DNA of 61,419 nucleotides, filler included. It is 10 parts of 10 records of this genome, joined end to end, with 100 filler letters (N's around TTAATTAATTAA, not from the genome) between each part and the next. Parts side by side here need not be neighbours in the genome. Positions count along the whole stretch, not along the records: positions 9,585 to 13,227 come from SRR7504441_5532; positions 13,328 to 16,641 come from SRR7504441_5535; positions 16,742 to 25,734 come from SRR7504441_5538; 7 more parts are not named here. One strand, 5' to 3'. Below are positions 11,229 through 22,728 of this stretch, in pieces. The notes under the pieces are model-generated. The model had not been told where the DNA came from and did no database searches. It saw nothing but the letters and a program-made list of their open reading frames with translations. The translations under genes and the position numbers were made by a program. Numbering within the stretch: the first letter of the stretch is position 1; the number at the start of each line of letters is the position of its first letter.

Positions 11229-12226
11229 TCAGTCTGGGCTTGAGAAGACAATTTCGAGCTCTCTAGGCCGGCTTGGGCTCCGGCTTGCACTCAGCTCGTG
11301 CAACGCACCACCTGCCGCCAGTAAGCCGGTTGATTCGGGCGTGCCTGGACCGGCTCCGTGCGCGCTGGTTAGGTACAAGTCAACCATAGGCCCGATGTCG
11401 CTGCCCTCCGGCTCGGCCCGGCGCCCGGCTGCGCGCACCAGAGGTTGTTGAGTGCTTGGCTGAGCTGCGGGCTCATGGCCGCGGCCTCCCACTCGGCCAT
11501 GTCTATCAGTCCGTTGTTGTCGGTGTCGATCGCCTCTAGCATCCGCGCGGCCAGCTCTGGCACCTGAGCCCGCAGCCTATGCCCGAGCTCCGACAAAGCC
11601 CGACTGCCCGCCCGCTCGCACGGATCCAGCTGCGGCTGGACTAGTTGGGGCCACCAGCCTGGCTGCGGGCTGGCCCGGGCCCGGGCTGTGCTTTCGGCAA
11701 GATTGAGGCTCGCGGCCAGGACGGCGCTCAGATGCCGGCGCAGCTCCTGAGGATCGATGTTGCCGTCAGCCGACTGGTCGATCGCGTAGAACAAGAACCG
11801 TCGGCGGAGCATTGCGTCTCCCACAACGAATCTGCACGCCAGCCCCACCATCAACTCGCCGGGCTCCAGTCTGTTGTCGCCGTTCACGTCACACGCCGCA
11901 AACAGAGACCGGCGCTGGCTGGCGGTCTCCACCGCCGCGGCGAACGGCTGGCCGAACAACCCTGTCTCACGCAGGACCCGACAGAGCCGCTCGAACTGGG
12001 CCAGCCGGAGGCAGCCGTCGTCCTCGCAGGCGCACTGGCCGATCGCGGACCGCAGTGCGATCGCAGCCCGGGGGTTGAGCAGCGCCTCGGCCTCGGCCAC
12101 TGCCTCCGGCCGGAAGGCCTGCCCGAGCGCCGGCCGGGCAGCCAGGTCCGCGTGCTCCTGCATGATCTGGCGCTCCGCCGCGGCACGGGCAGCGCTCGAT
12201 GTGCGCTTCAGCACCCGCGGTGCCAT
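11229..12226 (-). CDS. EF-hand calcium-binding protein (calcineurin-B/NCS-like)
   Basis: EF loops DVNGDNRLEPGE, DQSADGNIDPQE and DTDNNGLIDMAE. A GT-AG intron joins the last exon. Confidence 0.8.
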
Positions 12227-12261
12227 CTGTAAATTTTGACACACGAAATACGATTTGCGGC

Positions 12262-13227
12262 ATGGTGCTGGAGACGATCACCGACAAGGCGCTCAACCAG
12301 CAGGCCCGGCTCAAGCGGCTGCTCCAGGCGCCCGGCCGGCCGGCCTGGTCGAGCCGCACGCAGGTCCGCCAGCGGGACAAGCAGTTCGCGGCCGACCAGC
12401 GCGCAAAGTACAAGGCGGCGTTGGCCGACCGCAGGCGGGTCGAGCAGCAGAACGCCGAGCAGCAGGCCGCCCGGCAGGCCGAGGCACCCCGGCCGGCGGG
12501 CAGGCCTGACTAGGGTCCAGGCTCGGGCGCTCCGGGAGGCCCAGGAGCAGGCCGAGGCAATCCGGCTGCGCGGGGAGGCCGAGCGGGAGGCCGAGCGCCG
12601 GGCGGCCGAGCGGGAGGCCGAGCGGGTGGCCGCGGCCGGGCGGGAGCGGCGGTGGGCGGTGGCCAGTCGCGAGAACTACCAGGCAGCAGTGGCGAGGGAA
12701 GGCCGGGAGCGGGCCGAACGAGAGCGGCCGATGCTCCAGTTCCGGCAGAGGGCGCAGGCGGTCAAGCAGGCGGAGGGCCGCCGGGCTGCCAAGGTAGTGG
12801 CCCGGCAGCGGGAGCGGTGCAAGAAAGAACCTGGGGAGGTCTCGGTTAGGTCTGAGGCGCCGGAGCAGGCCGACCCGGCTCAGACTCGGCTGCACATGGG
12901 CGGAGCGAGGAACAGACCGACCGCAGACAAGCAGAACGAGCTGGGTCCTGCTCCGATTGAGCCGGAGCTGGACCCAAGCGCTGTTAGTCCGAGGACCGGC
13001 CCGCCCAAGCCACACAAGCGCTCGCTGGTCGGATCAGCCAGGCCAAAGGCCAACCTGAGCTCAAAGGTCAGCAGTGCCGACCCGAGCAAGAGTGAATCGA
13101 GCAGCGGATTTAAGCTAGTCTCGCTGGAGCCGCGACCGGTGCCCGGGCTAGAGACCCCGATGCTTCGGTCAGTGCCGCAGCCCGACTGGAGCCAATTGGA
13201 GGAGTTTTGTCGGGACGAGGCATCGCC
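12262..13227 (+). CDS. Coiled-coil protein with CEP295/Ana1-like N-terminus (3'-truncated)
   Basis: Removing two GC-AG introns gives ARLKRLLQVRQRDKQFA...coiled coil...EGRRAAKV, reminiscent of the CEP295 N-terminal motif RLLQVREQE. Confidence 0.45.
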
Positions 13228-13406
13228 NNNNNNNNNNNNNNNNNNNNNNNNNNNNNNNNNNNNNNNNNNNNTTAATTAATTAANNNNNNNNNNNNNNNNN
13301 NNNNNNNNNNNNNNNNNNNNNNNNNNNAAATTAAACTAACGGTTTTTCGCAAAAAAAGTCCAATATAATACGAGTAGTCCACGGGCTGAGTAACGGAATT
13401 TCGAGC

Positions 13407-14115
13407 ATGGCGTACCCGGTGGGGCTGGACCTGCCGGACTCCCCAGAGAGCTGGGCGTCGGCCGGGTTCGCGCTGAGCCCGGGGGGGGCTGGTCCGGCTG
13501 GGGGAGATAACCATCCGACTGGGCCGGCCCTCCCCCCCGCGCTGGCTGTGGGCCGGGCTCCCGAGCGGAGTGGACCAGCTCGGCGGTGTGCCTGCCGGGC
13601 CCGGGCCAGCCGGGTCGGCGCAGCCCACCCACCCGAACGGGGCGGTGTCCGTGGATCACATCGTGCTTCACACCCCGGACCCGGCCGCGTGCGCCCGCAG
13701 CCTGGCTGCGGTGGGGGTGCGGCCGCTGCGGGACACGGACAGAGTGCGGCCGGGAGTCCGCCAAGTGATCTACCGGCCGTCCAGCGTGATCATCGAGGTG
13801 GTCGGGTCCAGTCGGACGGCCCAGACCCCTGCCGGGCTGTGGGGGCTCACGCTGGTCACGAAAGACTTGGACGCTACCCACTCGGCGCTGGCGAAGAGCA
13901 CCAAGCCGCCCTGGCCCGCGGTGCAGCCAGGCCGGCGGATGACTGTGCTCCGGAACAAGTCACATGGGATCTCGATCAAGCTAGCGTTCATGTCGCCGCA
14001 CGTGCGGGGGGCTGAGGGTTCCGGAGAGGAGCGGGAGCGGTTGCTGGAACAGAGGGCCCGTGCGCAGGAGGAGGAGCTCCGCCGAAGGGAAGGAGCTGGC
14101 TCGGCCAAGCTGTGA
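13407..14115 (+). CDS. Glyoxalase/VOC-family protein, bacterial-like, with a frameshift in a G8 run (13481-13488)
   Basis: Motifs DSPESWASAGF, HPNGAVSVDHIVLHTPD, IIEVVG, LWGLTLVTKDLDA, AVQPGRRM and LAFMSP. One G fewer joins SPGG to LVRLGEITIRL. Confidence 0.75.
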
Positions 14116-14243
14116 CCTCGCTGTGACCCGACTATTACTTGCAATTGACTTACATTTTATGTACTGGACTGTGACCTACTAATTTGTTACATTTAGACAA
14201 CGACGCTTAGATCCCCGTTACATTTAGACAATGTCGATTCGTA

Positions 14244-16412
14244 TTAGACAACGACGCTTAGATCCCCGTGTGCTAGATGCGCTGCAGGGTTCCGTTCCGT
14301 CTTCACTTCTAAGCTCGCCGAGCTCACCCGGCTACCGGCCATCTCTTCCAGCTTGGCGCCGGCCTTGATAGCAGCTACAATCCGGGTGAACTCACTCACG
14401 AGCTTGGTAGTAGACACCTTGCCGTCCACGGCCTCGTCCGTGTAATCCAAATTCTCAAACGCGACCACAAACAATTCATCGTCGAGCCCGGATTCATACA
14501 AGAAAGTAGTCAGCTCCTCTAGAGTGACCACCCCATCCCCGTCAATGTCCATCTCCTTGAACAGCAGCTGCGAGTCGCCCGACTCGATAGCCTCCACCTG
14601 CCAGCTGCTCACAAGCTGGCTACTGATACAGCCAGCTGCCTTGGAAGCGCGAGCCCGCAGCCGGAAAGACTTCATCACAGCGTGATACACGCTCGCCACG
14701 ATCACGAGGTAAATCAGCACATTGACCGCATACAGTATGGCCGCTAGCGCCGTTAGGTTCTTCGACCCGTGGTCTGGGCAAGTAAAGCTCACGTGCTGGT
14801 AGCACTCTGCTTGCACCACCTGAGGGCGGTCAGCTGTGGCCACCGGCCGTGATACTCACCTCGGTATAGGCCCAGCCCGCTCCGATCCCGAACATCGTAA
14901 AGAACAGCTCGTCCGAGACCGCCTGGAGGTTCTAAGCGGCCGCCTGAAGCGAGCTGGCACCTCCCAACGGAGAACCTTTGTGTCCGTCTTGAGCAGCGTT
15001 TGAGAGTAGAACTTATCCAGATTCTTGAGTGTGAAAGCTGAGTACCGGAGGGATGGCACGGCCAGCAGCGAAACGGCTGTGAAGACTGCGGCGTAGAGCA
15101 CCCAGAGCAACAGCGTGGCGGGCCCACACTCACGGAAAGGGTACCTGCCGCCCGACTCAGGCTTGCGGGCTGCAGGTTCACCCGCAAGCAAAGGCGCAGT
15201 GGAAGAAGCACTCGTAGATGAGTTGGGTGATCTGCCGGGTGAAGGCGAACGGGAGGGCCCGGAAGAAGAGGTCCACTGCGAGGTCGAGCATCCAGCCTAG
15301 AGTGACTGGGTGTGAAACAGAGCTCTTGTCATCCCACGGCTGCCTGCCAGATTTTGCCAGCCTGAGCCGGCGTCTATTATTGTAGTTCATCCCTACGAGG
15401 CATGTGAAGAACGCCACCTGCCACGCATCGTGTGACTATCACTACATTGCAATATACGGACCGAGCTAGTAACAATCCGGACAGCGACAGGGTAAAGCCC
15501 GAACTGTACGTCCTCGTGCACGGCCTGCGCCCCCCTCACCACCCGCACGGCGCGAGGCTGCACCTTGGTGGGGAACCAGTACCAAGGGTAGGTAAACACG
15601 TTCGACTGTGCGATCCCGATTCCGAGAAGAAACGGCGGCGCCTGAAGCCACTCGATACACATTTTGCCGCGTTGGCGCTCCGGTCTGCAGTTGATCATGG
15701 CCTGGAGCATGGCCGAGAACAGTACGGAGGCCAGCAGGGCCAGCCCGATGCTGCTCAGGTTGAGGATTAAGTACTTTGAGACCCATCCGACAGTGGACCA
15801 GGAATAGTCATTAAACCAGTATTCGCTGGCCGGTGTCGGGTAACCGCCTGTGGTCACTTGGGTCTCCCCCTGCCACAAGGCGAATAACAGCGCCTCCTGG
15901 CTGAGCACGACATCTTTGAATGACCAGAACACCATCATGCTGGCCGCGTGCTGCCACAGGATCCGCAGGTCTTCAGTGAAACGTCGGCGGCGGCTGTGCC
16001 AGGCGAAATCGGTGATGGACATCATGTTACACAGCAACAGCTTGCACCACCGCCGCCCGGCATACACAGTCAGCACCAGACCGAACCAGATGATGTTGAC
16101 GGCGAACGCTTCGCTGAAGGTGCGATCCTCCGGCGTGCCACCGAAGAGAACATGTCCACTGGTGCGCTTAAAGAAGAGCTCAATCATGTAGGCCACGCAG
16201 ATCGAGGTGGACATATCGATCAGGTCGCGCTGAATCCGTTGGTTCTGCCCGTCGAACTCGCGCCGCCGGGTCTTGGTGTGTTCCATCTCCCAGAACAAAT
16301 AAGTCAGCCGCTCCTGGTCGCTGGCCTCAGGGGGCGGCATCGCCAGCCCTGTGTCGTACCGCCGCTCGTTCGGCATGGCCGGCCGCCGTTTGAACCAGCC
16401 CGGCCCGCTCAT
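14244..16412 (-). CDS. Multi-pass membrane protein with C-terminal EF-hand pair, multi-exon
   Basis: Successive hydrophobic exons, then LFKEMDIDGDGVVTLEEL. Confidence 0.7.
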
Positions 16413-16538
16413 CGGCGGCTCGTCTGCTGCGGCCGCATCTGGTCTGCCGTGCCTGCAAGATGGGCGGCTCAGGCCTCCAGTTGCAAATCGGATTTATAAC
16501 GGAATTGTCGTTAGAGCTCCCGGGGATCACTCCCAGTG

Positions 16539-16641
16539 ATGTCGTCTGGCTTTGAGCGACGGGTGCTGATGGCGCGGCTGCGGGCGGAGCGACAGCTGGC
16601 GGAGCTGCTGGCGGACGACTGGCGGCACCAGCTCGCGGACA
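16539..16641 (+). CDS. 5' fragment of a gene truncated by the contig end
   Basis: ATG ORF MSSGFERRVLMARLRAERQLAELLADDW is open to the linker, with a TAACGG motif upstream. Confidence 0.4.
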
Positions 16642-16741
16642 NNNNNNNNNNNNNNNNNNNNNNNNNNNNNNNNNNNNNNNNNNNNTTAATTAATTAANNN
16701 NNNNNNNNNNNNNNNNNNNNNNNNNNNNNNNNNNNNNNNNN

Positions 16742-18131
16742 GCGCCCGCCGCGGCCAGTGCGCAGGCGTTCCAGCAGCCGACAGGAGCGCCGCAGGCCAG
16801 CTCGCACCTCAGGCGCTTGGCTGCGGGCCTTGGCGGGCTGAAGGTGGCACGCAGGGCGCCCTCATACCAGGCCGAGTTCCAGGCCCACCAGCAGCCTGCG
16901 GCTCTCCCCCCAGGCGGTAGACACCGGTCAGCCCAGCCGCTGTCGGCGCAGCACTGGGAGAACAGCGGGACCGAGTCGCAGGATCGCGTGATACAGCGAA
17001 ACAACTTCATTCAGTCTCTGGTCCTGCCGATCGCCTGCTCGCACGACTGATCGGGCTGTCGGGCCAGGGCGGGGTGATCGGCACCAAGCCGTGCGCCACC
17101 AAGGAAGGCGCGCCGGGCCGGGGGTGCCGGGCGATTGCTTACAGGCGAGCTCAAGCCTTGGTTAGAACTGAGCAAGGATGAGCCTATAGACATGAGACAG
17201 TTCCCTCAGCGCAAGTTTGTCGAACTTTTCGAGCGCAAGGAAAACTGTAAACCCCAACCCGCTCGGCCGTCCTGACCGGGGGCCCAGCCGACAAGTACAA
17301 GCGCACGCTCACCATGTTTGCGGACGCTTTAGTGTGCCACAACGGGCATAAGTTCAAATGGCACCCGCGCCCGAGGTCTGCTGCGAGCCCAGGGCGGCAG
17401 GTTCCGGCCGATGGACCTGCTCCAGTCGATGAAGGTGCCCGGGCCGGTGCGTTGGGCTGACCAGCGCGGCCAGACCTCCAAGTCGCACTCGGATCTTCTA
17501 ATCTTGGAGTGGCGCGCAGGCTCGGCGCTCGGATACACTCTACAAAGCCCGAGCATGGTGCGCCGCCCCCGGCCGTGTGCCAGCCCCGGCCAGGTCCAGC
17601 TCTGCTTCCCCGACAGAGAGCGGCTGATCTCGGAGATTCGGACTCGGTTTGGCTTTGTGAAGCAGCAGGGCATGCCGAGCTCGCCGCGGAGCGTCAATAG
17701 GAGTGGCTCCAGGCGGCCAGCCGGCTCGGCAGGGGCGAACGGGCGGGCAGGACGAATGGGGCGTTTGAGCCGCCGCCGGAGTATACGACGACTGATATGA
17801 GCCCGACTAGCCGAACATCGGGGAGCCCTCTGAGCAGTTCGATGGTGCACACAGTGAACGGGGCGCCGCCGGGGTACGGGCATGACGCCGGGCGGGTGAT
17901 GGAGGTAGACTTTGAGGCGCTGGTGGTCCGGGCGGTGGCGCTCGGGTGGGTGGCTCCTTGTGTGTGGCTGAGCCAGGGCTCAGGTACCCGGATGGGGAGG
18001 TGAGGGCAGCCATGAGGGAGCTGCATCTGTCTGGAGTGGTGATCGATATCAACCGGCTGCTGGACCAGATCGAGCGAGATCGGATGGCCAACAGCTGCGG
18101 CCAAGCGCCGCAACTTGACATGGCGACATAA
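16742..18131 (+). CDS. Hypothetical multi-exon protein (5'-truncated) with possible C-terminal UBA-like helices
   Basis: A continuous frame is recoverable through about 7-8 short GT/GC-AG introns, ending ...RAVALG|YPDGEVRAAMREL...INRLLDQIE...DMAT*. Confidence 0.55.
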
Positions 18132-18494
18132 CGGCCCGCACATCGCATGATTGTAGTGCGACGCTCGAAGGGCTGTAACGTACAATAATAGCGGCTGGTC
18201 GGAAATGATAACTTAAACGAGCAGAATTACATAGAGACCTCTTCCGCTATGTGCGAGTGCTTATACAATCAGATAGCGAACGAGTAGCTCGAAGCAAGTG
18301 AGCTAATGAGCCTGAAGGACGGCTCCTTGGGTCGGGCGTGACCGGGCATGACCGGGCCCCTCAGGAGTCGACGCAAGGAAAAGCAAACCGACTGCCGTCG
18401 ACTGCCGACTATTTGGTATAATGAAGGATGCCTTAGCATGACTGAGCACCGCATCGACGTCATAAGCACTGGCCGCCGCCTCCGGCAGCTTACA

Positions 18495-18939
18495 TTACAG
18501 GGCGCTTTCGCGCGTCGCCACCCTTACCGCCAAAGTATATGCACGCCAGAGAGAGGACGAAGAAGCCCGCGTAGATCCCAGCCGCGGTGTAGCTGCCAAC
18601 CGGCCACTCAGCCCACGGGCCGGCCACTCAGCCCGAGCCGGCTCTCAGGCTGTCGACAGGGCGCGGCGCACCAGTTGCTGGAGGCCTGCGTCATGTTGTC
18701 GTGGACCACGTACTGTGGGCACGGCTCGTCGGCCTTCTTGCAGTGGTACCCGAGGCCGTGCGTGTGCGTGCCCTCGTAGTGGCCGACCACCACCTGCGCC
18801 CGGTCGGCCGGGGCCCGCGAGAGGTGGCACCAGCAGGAGCACCCCGAGGAAAGATGTGAGCGAGCAGCAATAACCGGTCACTGGACCCGCCCCGGTCAAC
18901 CCTGCCGGCCGCCCGGCGCTTACGTTCAAGCATCGACAT
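18495..18939 (-). CDS. RNASEK: Ribonuclease kappa / V-ATPase subunit f (RNASEK family), 4 exons; not recovered as a whole by the ORF track
   Basis: Spliced product MSMLELTGYCCSLTSFLGVLLLVVVG...QASSNCYTAAGIYAGFFVLSLACIYFAVRVATRESAL* has two TMs and the NCxxAAGxY motif. Confidence 0.7.
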
Positions 18940-19079
18940 GGTGACTGGCCCTGTAGTGTGCGGTATGGAGCCTGGGCCAACTGGTGCGACAACGGACAAA
19001 CAACAGCGTCTGCTTGGCTGGCCCCCGCGTTGTGCGGACGATGGGAGGCCAGCCACCGTGCGGCTGAATCGGCCGAGGG

Positions 19080-21266
19080 ATGAGCCACGCGCTGCCCACC
19101 GCGCTGTCCAAGCGGGACCGGCAGCTCGAAAAGCAGCGCAGGGGCGCCCGGAAGGGCCAGCGTCGGCGGCTGATCGCACGGTTCGATTGGAGCCATCTGA
19201 TCCCTTCGCTGCTGGCCGACCCGGCCCCGATCGAGCGCAGAACGGCGGCCGGGCTGGCCGGGGAGGTGGCACGGGCCATCCACGACAAGCTGGTCCAGGA
19301 GGGTCACCCCGAGCGGGCCGCCCGGCTGGCCGCTAGCCACCTGGTGCTGGCTGAGGGTGCGGCCAAGCCGCTCAAGGGCAAGTGGGCCCTGAGCAGCCTG
19401 TACGAGGGGCTGCGGCGGGGCGGAGTGTGCCCGCACGTGGTCCAGATAGAGGGCAAACTCACCAAGTCGGCCGCCGCAGTCGAGCGCGGCCCGTGCCAGT
19501 GCAACTTGCCGGCCCGGGCCACTCAGGCCCCCGGGCTCAGCCGGTCTGAGGCCAAGCGGTGGGCCCGGTGCGCACTCCCGGCCGCGGAGCGGGAGGACCT
19601 CTGGAGCCGGGCGGCGGACGACATGCTCACGCCGGCGGAGCACCAGCAAGCTGGGCAGCAGTGCGAATGGCCGGCGCTCGAGAGTGCAGTGGTGGTGCCA
19701 GAGCACACTGTGGCCGGCTGGTTGGTGCAGACCGGGGAGCGCAGGTGCCACCGGTGCCAGCACCTCTGCTCAGACCTGTGCGAGCACGCGCCCCAGCTCG
19801 GGTTTGCCGTGTGTCCTTGCGGCGAGCGCGACCACGCCTGGTGTGAGCAGTGCATCCAAATCCACCTCGGCATCGACTTCGAGCAGCTCAAGCGGCAGCC
19901 GCACAGCTGGGAGTGCCCGGTGTGCGCCGATCGGTGCGACTGTCCCGACTGCGCCACGCTGCGTGCCGAGCCAGGATCGTGCCGGCGCAAGGTAGACCTG
20001 GGTAAGCTGCGTCGCGCCCCAAACAGCTCGCGGTATCACGGCGTCCGCCAGAAGTCGAACGGGCGGTTCAGGGCGAGCTACCTGAACAGCAAGCAGCAGC
20101 GGGTGGGGATCGGGGTGTATGACAGTGCGGAGGAGGCGGCAGTGGCAGCTGGGCAGAAGGCTCTGATTCTAGAGGATAATCAGGCCAGGGAGCAGAGTTA
20201 TCAGTGTGAGAAGGACATGGACTGTGTGCTCTTGAAGGGGCACCCTGGCCCGTGCCAGCTCCGGCCCCCGCTCAGCCAGTGCACGGTGCACAGCCGGAAG
20301 CAAGTCGGGACCGGCCAGCGATTCCTTGTGAGCTGCATGCTCTGTGGGTGGGGCGGGCAGCAGGGGGTGTGGGCGGGGCTCGATCAGCTGCGCGACCACT
20401 ACCTACAGCTCGGGCCGGACTCTTGCCTCCCTCTAGACCAGCTTCGCGCCCGCTGTCCCGAGTTCCTCACCAAAATCAACGCCATGAGCTCCCAGGCCAG
20501 CCGGCGCAGCCAGTCGCGACCTCGTAAGCGCCTGAAGCAGGATCCAGCCGCTGTGCCTCCTGGGCCGGCCCAGCCGCCGGCCGAGATAAACCTTGCGGCC
20601 TGGCAGTCGAGCAGGAACAAAACTGGGTTCCAGTACGTGTATGAGCTGAGAGATGGCCGGTTTGAGGCTCAGTTTCAGCCCAGGTTTGGGGCGCGCGAGT
20701 TCCTAGGCAAGTACAGGACTGCCGAACTGGCCGCAACCGCGCACGCCAAGCGGTGGCTGCAAGAGTATGGCCAGCCGCCCAAGCCGGAGCTCCCGGGCCA
20801 CCCAACAATCTCCAGCCAGGAGGACGGCGCACGGCAGGAGCCGATGGATCTGTCGCCGTGGCGTTGTAATCGGAGCAAGACAGGTTTTGTGGGCGTGTAT
20901 AAACACGAGGGCAAATTCCAGGCCCAGACCATCTACAGGGGCAAGCGGCTCTACCTCGGCACCAGGAGCACTGCCGAGCAGGCCGCGGGGCTGATCGCAC
21001 GAAAGTGGGCCGAGTTTGGGCACGGGGCGCCGCAGAACGGGCGGGTGCAGGCCAAGCGGAAGACTCGAGTGATGGCTGCGGTGGAGCAGCTGTCGGACGA
21101 GGCCGGCCAGATGCTGGTAGAGCAGTACGACCAGCTGGTCAGCAGCCAACAGGTCGATCGCGTCAGACACTCTATCAAGCAGCTCCAAATAGAGTATGGA
21201 CTGCCCAAAAACCTGAGGATGAGCAAAATTGTTTCGAAGCTGAAGGCAAAGTTGTTTGAAGGTTGA
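19080..21266 (+). CDS. zf-4CXXC_R1-like zinc finger + three AP2/ERF domains (DNA-binding protein)
   Basis: Finger CHRCQ...CPC....WCEQCI...WECPVCADRCDCPDC; AP2 motifs SSRYHGVRQ..GRFRA...IGVYDSAEEAA, NKTGFQYV..GRFEAQ...LGKYRTAELAA and SKTGFVGVYKHEGKFQAQ...YLGTRSTAEQAA. Confidence 0.85.
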   Translation: MSHALPTALSKRDRQLEKQRRGARKGQRRRLIARFDWSHLIPSLLADPAPIERRTAAGLAGEVARAIHDKLVQEGHPERAARLAASHLVLAEGAAKPLKGKWALSSLYEGLRRGGVCPHVVQIEGKLTKSAAAVERGPCQCNLPARATQAPGLSRSEAKRWARCALPAAEREDLWSRAADDMLTPAEHQQAGQQCEWPALESAVVVPEHTVAGWLVQTGERRCHRCQHLCSDLCEHAPQLGFAVCPCGERDHAWCEQCIQIHLGIDFEQLKRQPHSWECPVCADRCDCPDCATLRAEPGSCRRKVDLGKLRRAPNSSRYHGVRQKSNGRFRASYLNSKQQRVGIGVYDSAEEAAVAAGQKALILEDNQAREQSYQCEKDMDCVLLKGHPGPCQLRPPLSQCTVHSRKQVGTGQRFLVSCMLCGWGGQQGVWAGLDQLRDHYLQLGPDSCLPLDQLRARCPEFLTKINAMSSQASRRSQSRPRKRLKQDPAAVPPGPAQPPAEINLAAWQSSRNKTGFQYVYELRDGRFEAQFQPRFGAREFLGKYRTAELAATAHAKRWLQEYGQPPKPELPGHPTISSQEDGARQEPMDLSPWRCNRSKTGFVGVYKHEGKFQAQTIYRGKRLYLGTRSTAEQAAGLIARKWAEFGHGAPQNGRVQAKRKTRVMAAVEQLSDEAGQMLVEQYDQLVSSQQVDRVRHSIKQLQIEYGLPKNLRMSKIVSKLKAKLFEG

Positions 21267-21569
21267 TCGATTCTAGATCACACGTGTCCCTCATCGATTC
21301 ATTCGACGTCATATAATTGTGCAAATTTGTATTAAATTTGTATTGGTTGGTTCTAAACAAGTTTATACTAGTCAGTCTATACATCGACATGCAAGCTTTA
21401 CCGCATTACGAACAGCGCAACGCAGAGTCCTAAATATTGATACTCTATTGATGATTATCTAGATGAATTCGTGTAGACAGTCTGACTCGATCCGACACTC
21501 TCGATCTCGCAACTTGGATCGCTTGCCTCAGGCTTTTGAGTCCACCGAGTCTGCACACGATGAGAGGCC

Positions 21570-22495
21570 TCAATGCTCAGTAATCGTAGCCATAGTAGTC
21601 GGCTTGGTCGCGCGAGTACGAGCTTGCCCGCTGCATGTTGAGCGACGGTTTCTGGTTCCGGCCTGCTCGCGATCTGGTTCTGCCACAAGGCTCAGCCCCC
21701 AACCTCGGCTTGACTGCCTGTTGCGCGACGGGGCCTCCGAGTGCTCCTCCTTGGCCAATGGATCTGCCTGGAAGGCCAGCTCGAACTCGGTGAGCGAGAT
21801 CGCGCCGTTCCCATCAACGTCGATCCGGTCAAAGACCTCGCGCCAGGGCGCTCCTACTCCATCAAATGCGAGACGCAGCTCCGCCTTGCGGTTGCCGCAG
21901 AGCGCCCGCCTGAAATCATCCTTGGTGATCACGCCGCTCTGACTGATGTCGATCTCATTGTACAGCGCTCGAATCTCCTGCTCAGCCCGAGCTCAGGCGC
22001 AGCCGGCCAGCGATCCGTGCCTTGCACAGAGCCGAGTTGATACCAGCCTGTCCTCGCGCGGTGAAGGAATACTGGAACTCGGCCAGGGTGATCTGACCGT
22101 TCTCATCTTCATCGAGGCGCTCGAATACGTCGGTCCACGGCACTTTGACCGCTGTCCACCGTCAACAAAGCCGAACCATCGCCCACCGTCAAACAAAGCG
22201 CGCATCTCCAGCTTGCGCTTGCCGGTGAGAGCCTTATGCAGCTCGGCCTTACTGATGGCCCCATTGTCGTCCCGGTCGATTTCGTTGACTGCACGCCACA
22301 CAAGCCGCTCAGCTGTTCGAGGCCTGAACAGGTCGCACAAATCTGCCGGATGTAGCTTGCATCCGGGGCAGGGTTGGGGCGGGGCGGGGCTTGCAGCTGA
22401 TCTGGTTGGGTCGCGTTCTCCCGCCTGTTCCTAGCGCCCTTGCTCTCGGTCTTCTGGCTCTCGCGCCTCTGAGATCTCCCCTGGCCCACTGTCAT
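21570..22495 (-). CDS. Four-EF-hand protein made of two tandem repeat halves, multi-exon
   Basis: EF loops DRDDNGAISKAE, DEDENGQITLAE, DISQSGVITKDD and DVDGNGAISLTE. Confidence 0.8.
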
Positions 22496-22728
22496 CGCTC
22501 GCGTGTACCCGCACCAGTGTCCGAGATCCACGAAGCTGTTACGCTCTACGTGTAGACAGCACCGAACCTGCCCACATACTGTACGTCGAGTAGGCACGAA
22601 ATCTTACAACACGATCTATGTTTCGAGGAAGAATACGGTGCGCGAGGCTGTAGACGTAATTAGTTGTAATACTTGCCAACTCAGGCACAATCGAGCGGGC
22701 AAGACTCATTAATTATCGGAACCAAGAG

